NCBI GenBank assembly: GCA_963805085.1
Contig: CAWDTA010000005.1
Span: 192,001 to 256,000 of the forward strand
Reading direction: 5' to 3'
Length of the DNA stretch: 64,000 nucleotides
From: an uncultured Veillonellaceae bacterium
GTDB taxonomy: Bacteria > Bacillota > Negativicutes > JARBTT01
The translations under genes were made by a program, and so were the position numbers. Under the pieces are notes generated by a model. The model worked only from the letters and a program-made list of their open reading frames with translations. It had not been told where the DNA came from and did not search any database. Positions 59,094 to 64,000 of the stretch are shown in pieces (position 1 is the first letter of the stretch; every line of letters starts with the position of its first letter).

Positions 59094-59489
59094 ATGAAAA
59101 AAGTAGTTCATACTGACAATGCACCAAAAGCAATTGGTCCATACTCGCAAGCGATTAAAGCAAATGGTTTCTTATTCATCTCAGGACAAATTCCAGTAAA
59201 TCCGCAGACTGGTGAAATCGTGGCAGGTGGTATCGAAGCGCAAACAGCACAATCCTTGGAAAATTTAAAAGCAATCCTAGCTGAAACTGGCGCTACGTTA
59301 AATGATGTTGTTAAAACTGGTGTTTTTCTAGCTGACATGAGCGATTTTGTAGCGATGAACACAGTATATGCAAAATACTTTATAAGCGAAGCACCTGCCC
59401 GTGCTTGTGTACAAGTTGCAAAATTGCCGAAAGATGCCTTAGTTGAAATTGAATTAATTGCAATTTGTAACGATAAGTACACCTATTAA
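59094..59489 (+). CDS. ridA: RidA-family enamine/imine deaminase
   Basis: [32 protein letters not shown]. Confidence 0.93.
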   Translation: MKKVVHTDNAPKAIGPYSQAIKANGFLFISGQIPVNPQTGEIVAGGIEAQTAQSLENLKAILAETGATLNDVVKTGVFLADMSDFVAMNTVYAKYFISEAPARACVQVAKLPKDALVEIELIAICNDKYTY

Positions 59490-59503
59490 GAAATAGGGAT
59501 AAA

Positions 59504-59549
59504 TAAACCCTAGTTGCATGTGAGTTATTATAATGCAACTAGGGTTTTT
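59504..59549 (+). terminator. intrinsic terminator
   Basis: AAACCCTAGTTGCAT / ATGCAACTAGGGTTT + TT. Confidence 0.85.
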
Positions 59550-59607
59550 ACGTATATCCTAAGTAAAGTTGGTTGATTTATCTAGAGTTTCTAGGAAGAT
59601 AAGTTTT

Positions 59608-59640
59608 TGTCATGGAATTGTCACATTGATATAGTATGGT
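59608..59640 (+). promoter_or_regulatory. OmpR/PhoB-type direct repeat plus -10
   Basis: TGTCAT-N5-TGTCAC-N10-TATGGT. Confidence 0.65.
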
Positions 59641-59737
59641 AGAAAAATAATTGAACAAGTGGGAAAATATATTGGCAAGGCTTTATGTAATAGGTAGTGT
59701 GGTGACATTTGCAGAGGTAGATGGAGAGTGAAAGTTT

Positions 59738-60997
59738 ATGAGACATGATTTTTCAGCAATAAATAAGAAAAAAGTTCTTACGGTAGGCGTAGTTTGTATT
59801 GCTGCTATTGGGATGATTTATTTTTTATTTCATGGCAGTATCAATCAGAATAAAGAAACTAAGGTTAACATTAAGCCAGCCGTAGATACTTATATAGTTG
59901 AGCGCAAAGACATGATGCGGCGGGTGTCTTTATTTGGGCAAACGGTATCAGACGCAAATATCGATATCGCACCTAAATATGCAGGTCGTATCACTGCAGT
60001 AAATGTTACTTTAGGGCAAAAGGTTAAAGCCGGTGATATATTACTTGTACAAGATACTGGTGATCTTGATTTATCAATAGCACAAAACAATGCGGCAACG
60101 CGGCAGGCAGAAGCTGATGCAAAAGAATCAGAGTCTACCTACAATGCCTCTTATCAAAAAGAACAGATAGACTACGAACGTACCAAAACAAAATATGGAA
60201 ATTATCAGTCACTTTATGATCAGGGAGCTATTGCAAAAGAAACATTAGACACAGTTTATCAAGACATGGTCAATAGTAAAGCTGCATTAGATACACTTTT
60301 AAATCAGATAATGTCAGGGGATATTCCTGCAACTGTAGAATCAAAAAAAGCAGCTATGGAAAAATCAAAAGTTGGTACTCAATCTTTGGAGAAGCAACGT
60401 GATGATTTGATTTTACGTGCTCCACGTGATGGAGTGATTGGCTATCGTAATATTGAAGCTGGTGCATTTGTTACAGTTGGTCAGAAACTTTTAACATTAG
60501 TTGATAATAGTAAAATTTATATTGATTGTCAGCTTTCTGAGCAAGATGTAGCTGCAGTTAAAACTGGGGCAAAAGTAAAAGTAGATATTGAATCTTTAGG
60601 TAATAGCTATGAAGGGACGATTATTTATGTGAGTCCGGCAACAGATAGTACAACAAAAAGCTATACTGCCAGAATTGAACTGGATGACAATGATGAATTG
60701 ATTAAAGCTGGTATGTTTGGTCGTACACAAATTGAAATTTTGCAACGTCCCCAAACACTATTTGTACCAAAAGAAAGCGTTATTGAGAAGAATGGAAAAA
60801 TATCTTTATTTATTATTGACAGTGAAAATAAAGCCCAAGAACGTCTGGTTAAGCTTGGTCTGAGAAATGATCTACAGGTAGAAATTCTCGAAGGCCTTCA
60901 AGAGGGAGACAGAGTTGCTGTCACTAATTTAGCGCGCTTAAAGAATGATATGGTCGTTGACATAAATGGTTCAAGCGGGCAGGTGAATAATCCATGA
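59738..60997 (+). CDS. RND efflux periplasmic adaptor (MFP)
   Basis: N-terminal TM, lipoyl halves GQKVKAGD / LRAPRDGVI, coiled hairpin, GLQEGDRV. Confidence 0.92.
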   Translation: MRHDFSAINKKKVLTVGVVCIAAIGMIYFLFHGSINQNKETKVNIKPAVDTYIVERKDMMRRVSLFGQTVSDANIDIAPKYAGRITAVNVTLGQKVKAGDILLVQDTGDLDLSIAQNNAATRQAEADAKESESTYNASYQKEQIDYERTKTKYGNYQSLYDQGAIAKETLDTVYQDMVNSKAALDTLLNQIMSGDIPATVESKKAAMEKSKVGTQSLEKQRDDLILRAPRDGVIGYRNIEAGAFVTVGQKLLTLVDNSKIYIDCQLSEQDVAAVKTGAKVKVDIESLGNSYEGTIIYVSPATDSTTKSYTARIELDDNDELIKAGMFGRTQIEILQRPQTLFVPKESVIEKNGKISLFIIDSENKAQERLVKLGLRNDLQVEILEGLQEGDRVAVTNLARLKNDMVVDINGSSGQVNNP

Positions 60998-63900
60998 ATT
61001 TAACACGTTTTTCCATACAAAGGCCAATTGGAATTTGTATGATTGTTGGGTTTTTTGTTGTGCTTGGTCTATATAGTTTTTATCGCATTGGCGTGGAATT
61101 ATTGCCTGCACTGAATACACCATATGTTACTATATCCGTAAAGTATCCTGGAGCAAGTGCTGAATCGGTGGAGCAGCAAGTCGTAAAACCTTTAGAAGAT
61201 GCTTTATCTTCGGTATCTAACGTCAAACAAATGACGTCAACTGCCAGTGCAGAACAAGCGAGAATCACACTGCAGCTAGAGTTTTCAGCGAATGCTGACT
61301 TTGCTTCTATTGAGGCAACAAAAAAAGTAGATGCGGTTAGATCAAAACTTCCTGATTCTGTTGATGATCCAGTTGTTATCAAACGTGATATCAATGCTTC
61401 ACCAATTGTACAAATTGCAGTGCTGTCAAAAAATTCCTTATCAGATATTTATAGCAAAGCAAGCAATGTTTTTCAGGATCGACTGCAGCAGTCTGACGGA
61501 GTGTCCGAAATAGAGCTGAGTGGTGGACGTGATAAAGAAATTGCCGTAGAAATTGATAAAGATAAGTTGGCATTTTATAAATTAACCTTAAATCAAGTGA
61601 TTAGTAAAATTAATTCAGAAAATGCATTGCTTCCATCTGGATCAATCTATACGACGACTACACAAACGAGTGTGCGAGTAACTGCACAATATAAAGCCGC
61701 AGAGGATATTGAAAAATTGCAAATTACTAACTCTGCTGGAGCTAGTATTCCGATAACAGCAATTGCAAATATTAGGGCACAAGATGTCAGAGCAAATCGC
61801 TATGGTCGTGTAAATGGTCAAGATGCAATTTCAATGGCAATCTACAAAAACAGCGATGCCAATATTGTTTCAACAGCGGATGCAATTTTAAAGAATTTGG
61901 CGAAACTACAAAAAGATTATCCCGATTATGAATTTGTTGTGGTTAATAACTCTGCTGATTATGTTAATAATTCTTTGCATAATACATTAGGTACACTAAT
62001 TGAAGGGTTATGTACCACAGGGTTAGTCTTGTTCTTATTTCTTCGTGGGTGGCGGTCAACTTTGGCGGTAATGATTGCTATTCCAACATCACTCGTATCG
62101 ACATTTCTCATTATGTATATGGCGGGTTTTACCTTTAACATGATGTCCCTAATGGGGATGGCACTTTGCGTGGGGATACTAGTTGATGATTCAATTGTGG
62201 TACTGGAAAATATACATCGGCATATGACGATGGGCAAGGATGCAAAAGTTGCAGCAGAAGATGGTCGTAATGAAATTGGTATGGCGGCCATTTCCATTAC
62301 ACTTTGTGATGTTGTGGTCTTTTTACCAATTGCTTTTATGACAGGAATGACAGGACAATTTTTTAGGCAATTTGGGTTAACCATTGTGTTCGCTACGTTA
62401 TTTTCCTTATTTATTTCGTTTACGCTTACGCCGATGTTGGCTTCCAGATTTTTTTCTAAGGGTTATACTGCACCAAAAGGCAAGATTTGGTCATTTATGG
62501 ATAAGATTGAACATCTTGCAGTAGAAAAATATGATAGAATTCTAAAATGGAGTTTAAATAACCGGAAAAAGATTTTGGTGACTGCATTGATTTTATTTTT
62601 CAGCACGATGAGTTTTATTCCTCTAGGAATTGTCGGTTCTGAATATATGCCACGTACAGATGAGAGCAGCTTTAATATTAATGTTCAGTTACCTGTCGGA
62701 CAGAGTGTCGAACAGACAGATATCGTGATTGCACAATTAGAAGAATTTTTAAAAACGATTCCTGAAGTAAAGTTTTATTTATCCACGATTGGTGGCACAA
62801 ATCAATATGAAGGTAGCATAAGTGTACAACTCTATGACCGCAAAGAACGTGACCGTAGTGTATGGCAAGTCACCGATGATGTACGAAAATTTGCGAATGA
62901 AAATATTAGTGGTGGCGATGTTCAAGTAAAAGAAACCCAATCGTCAGTAGCTGGGGTATCAGGTGGAGTTGGTTCTGGCCGTGGTAGTGGGGCATTTCAA
63001 TTAGAATTGCGTAGCAACGATTTAGATAGCTTGGTTGCTACCTCTTATAAAGTTCAAGATTTATTGAAAAAAAATGTCAATGGATTAAAAGATGTTAGTA
63101 GTTCTTATACCGAAGGTATGCCAGAAGTGCAAATGGTGCTTGACCGAGAAAAATTAAAACAATATAATACATCCATTCAGGATGTTACGAATACTTTTTC
63201 AGCAGCAATCGCTGGTACACAAGCTGGGGTAATTGCTAATGACGTAAAAAATGATGGTAATGATACCGATATTAATGTTAGATTTAAAGGAAGTGACGGT
63301 TTTAAAACTTCTGATATCGCTAAGATACCAATTAATGCAGGCGGTAATATCATCTTTCTTGATGATGTTGCAACAATCAAAGAGGGCGTTGGACCAGTGA
63401 GCATTCGTCGTTCAGATAAACAACGTTCAATTGTTATTGGGGCAAATTTAACCAATCGACCATTAAATGAAGTAATAAAAGAAGCAACAACATTATTAAA
63501 TAAAGAAGACTTAGGCAATGGTGTTAGCTATCGTTTTACAGGTCAGGCTACTAGTATGAATGATACTTTTAGTGAATTACTACAAGCGCTGTCCTTGGCT
63601 TTGGTACTGATTTATATGTTACTTGCTGTTTTATATGAATCAACATTGACTCCATTTATTCGTATGTTCTCGTTACCATTAGGTTTGATTGGTTCAGTAT
63701 TATTGCTCTTCATCACCAATAATACGATCAATCTCTATTCTTTAATTGGTATTTTGGTTATGGATGGACTTGTTGCGAAGAATGGGACATTACTACTTGA
63801 CTATACATTAACGCTCATGGATAAAGGAATGAATGCCCATGATGCAATTATCGAAGCAGGTAAAGTAAGGCTAAAACCAATTTTCATGACGACGCTAACC

Positions 63901-64000
63901 ATGGTGGTTGGTATGCTGCCAACAGCGTTATCCATTACAGAAGGCTCTGAAACACGTGTCAGTATGGCTTGGGTGATCATTGGTGGTTTGTTAACTTCAA
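60994..64000 (+). CDS. RND efflux permease (AcrB/SwrC, HAE1-type), truncated by window end
   Basis: Not in the ORF track because no stop is reached. ATG 60994 overlaps the MFP stop; reads MNLTRFSIQRPI, YPGASAESVE, GILVDDSIVVLENI, AKNG, RLKPIFMTTLT. Confidence 0.95.
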   Translation, partial: MNLTRFSIQRPIGICMIVGFFVVLGLYSFYRIGVELLPALNTPYVTISVKYPGASAESVEQQVVKPLEDALSSVSNVKQMTSTASAEQARITLQLEFSANADFASIEATKKVDAVRSKLPDSVDDPVVIKRDINASPIVQIAVLSKNSLSDIYSKASNVFQDRLQQSDGVSEIELSGGRDKEIAVEIDKDKLAFYKLTLNQVISKINSENALLPSGSIYTTTTQTSVRVTAQYKAAEDIEKLQITNSAGASIPITAIANIRAQDVRANRYGRVNGQDAISMAIYKNSDANIVSTADAILKNLAKLQKDYPDYEFVVVNNSADYVNNSLHNTLGTLIEGLCTTGLVLFLFLRGWRSTLAVMIAIPTSLVSTFLIMYMAGFTFNMMSLMGMALCVGILVDDSIVVLENIHRHMTMGKDAKVAAEDGRNEIGMAAISITLCDVVVFLPIAFMTGMTGQFFRQFGLTIVFATLFSLFISFTLTPMLASRFFSKGYTAPKGKIWSFMDKIEHLAVEKYDRILKWSLNNRKKILVTALILFFSTMSFIPLGIVGSEYMPRTDESSFNINVQLPVGQSVEQTDIVIAQLEEFLKTIPEVKFYLSTIGGTNQYEGSISVQLYDRKERDRSVWQVTDDVRKFANENISGGDVQVKETQSSVAGVSGGVGSGRGSGAFQLELRSNDLDSLVATSYKVQDLLKKNVNGLKDVSSSYTEGMPEVQMVLDREKLKQYNTSIQDVTNTFSAAIAGTQAGVIANDVKNDGNDTDINVRFKGSDGFKTSDIAKIPINAGGNIIFLDDVATIKEGVGPVSIRRSDKQRSIVIGANLTNRPLNEVIKEATTLLNKEDLGNGVSYRFTGQATSMNDTFSELLQALSLALVLIYMLLAVLYESTLTPFIRMFSLPLGLIGSVLLLFITNNTINLYSLIGILVMDGLVAKNGTLLLDYTLTLMDKGMNAHDAIIEAGKVRLKPIFMTTLTMVVGMLPTALSITEGSETRVSMAWVIIGGLLTS

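Noticed and set aside
53541-63518. Long antisense ORFs opposite ubiB-like, aroH, ridA and RND genes (also opposite pstC, ftsH, birA)
   Set aside because: Typical antisense shadows of real genes; no independent evidence.

Overview
An AT-rich chromosomal window from a spore-forming anaerobic Firmicute, most likely a diderm Negativicute (Selenomonadales/Sporomusaceae-like; inferred from 16S signature and gene content). The core backbone is spoIID-like, yabP, yabQ, divIC, yabR, spoIIE, tilS, hpt, ftsH, then birA, coaX, dusB, greA, lysS, then an rRNA operon (16S, 23S, two 5S) with tRNA-His/Trp/Ser. Accessory blocks include DeoR+HAD, HxlR/DoxX/nitroreductase, an M20 amidohydrolase with a DUF3100-type transporter, pstSCA, two MCPs, a class-3 asparaginase, an OmpR-type two-component system and an RND pump that runs off the window end. 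No transposase, integrase, prophage or CRISPR array was seen. Best leads: (1) three distant promoters share an identical (T/A)GTCAT-N5-TGTCAY-N10-[-10] architecture, suggesting a Bae/Cpx-like envelope regulon of two uncharacterised secreted proteins plus the RND pump; (2) an acyl-ACP-reductase-like enzyme (catalytic Cys kept) with an uncharacterised, possibly paralogous partner and no ADO; (3) four structured ~120-190 bp non-coding inserts in two motif-sharing pairs, one inside 16S helix 6 and one in the 16S-23S spacer; (4) two tandem 5S rRNAs differing at 25 of 116 positions with compensatory changes; (5) a +1 frameshift in tilS. All family assignments come from reading motifs by eye, not from database searches.
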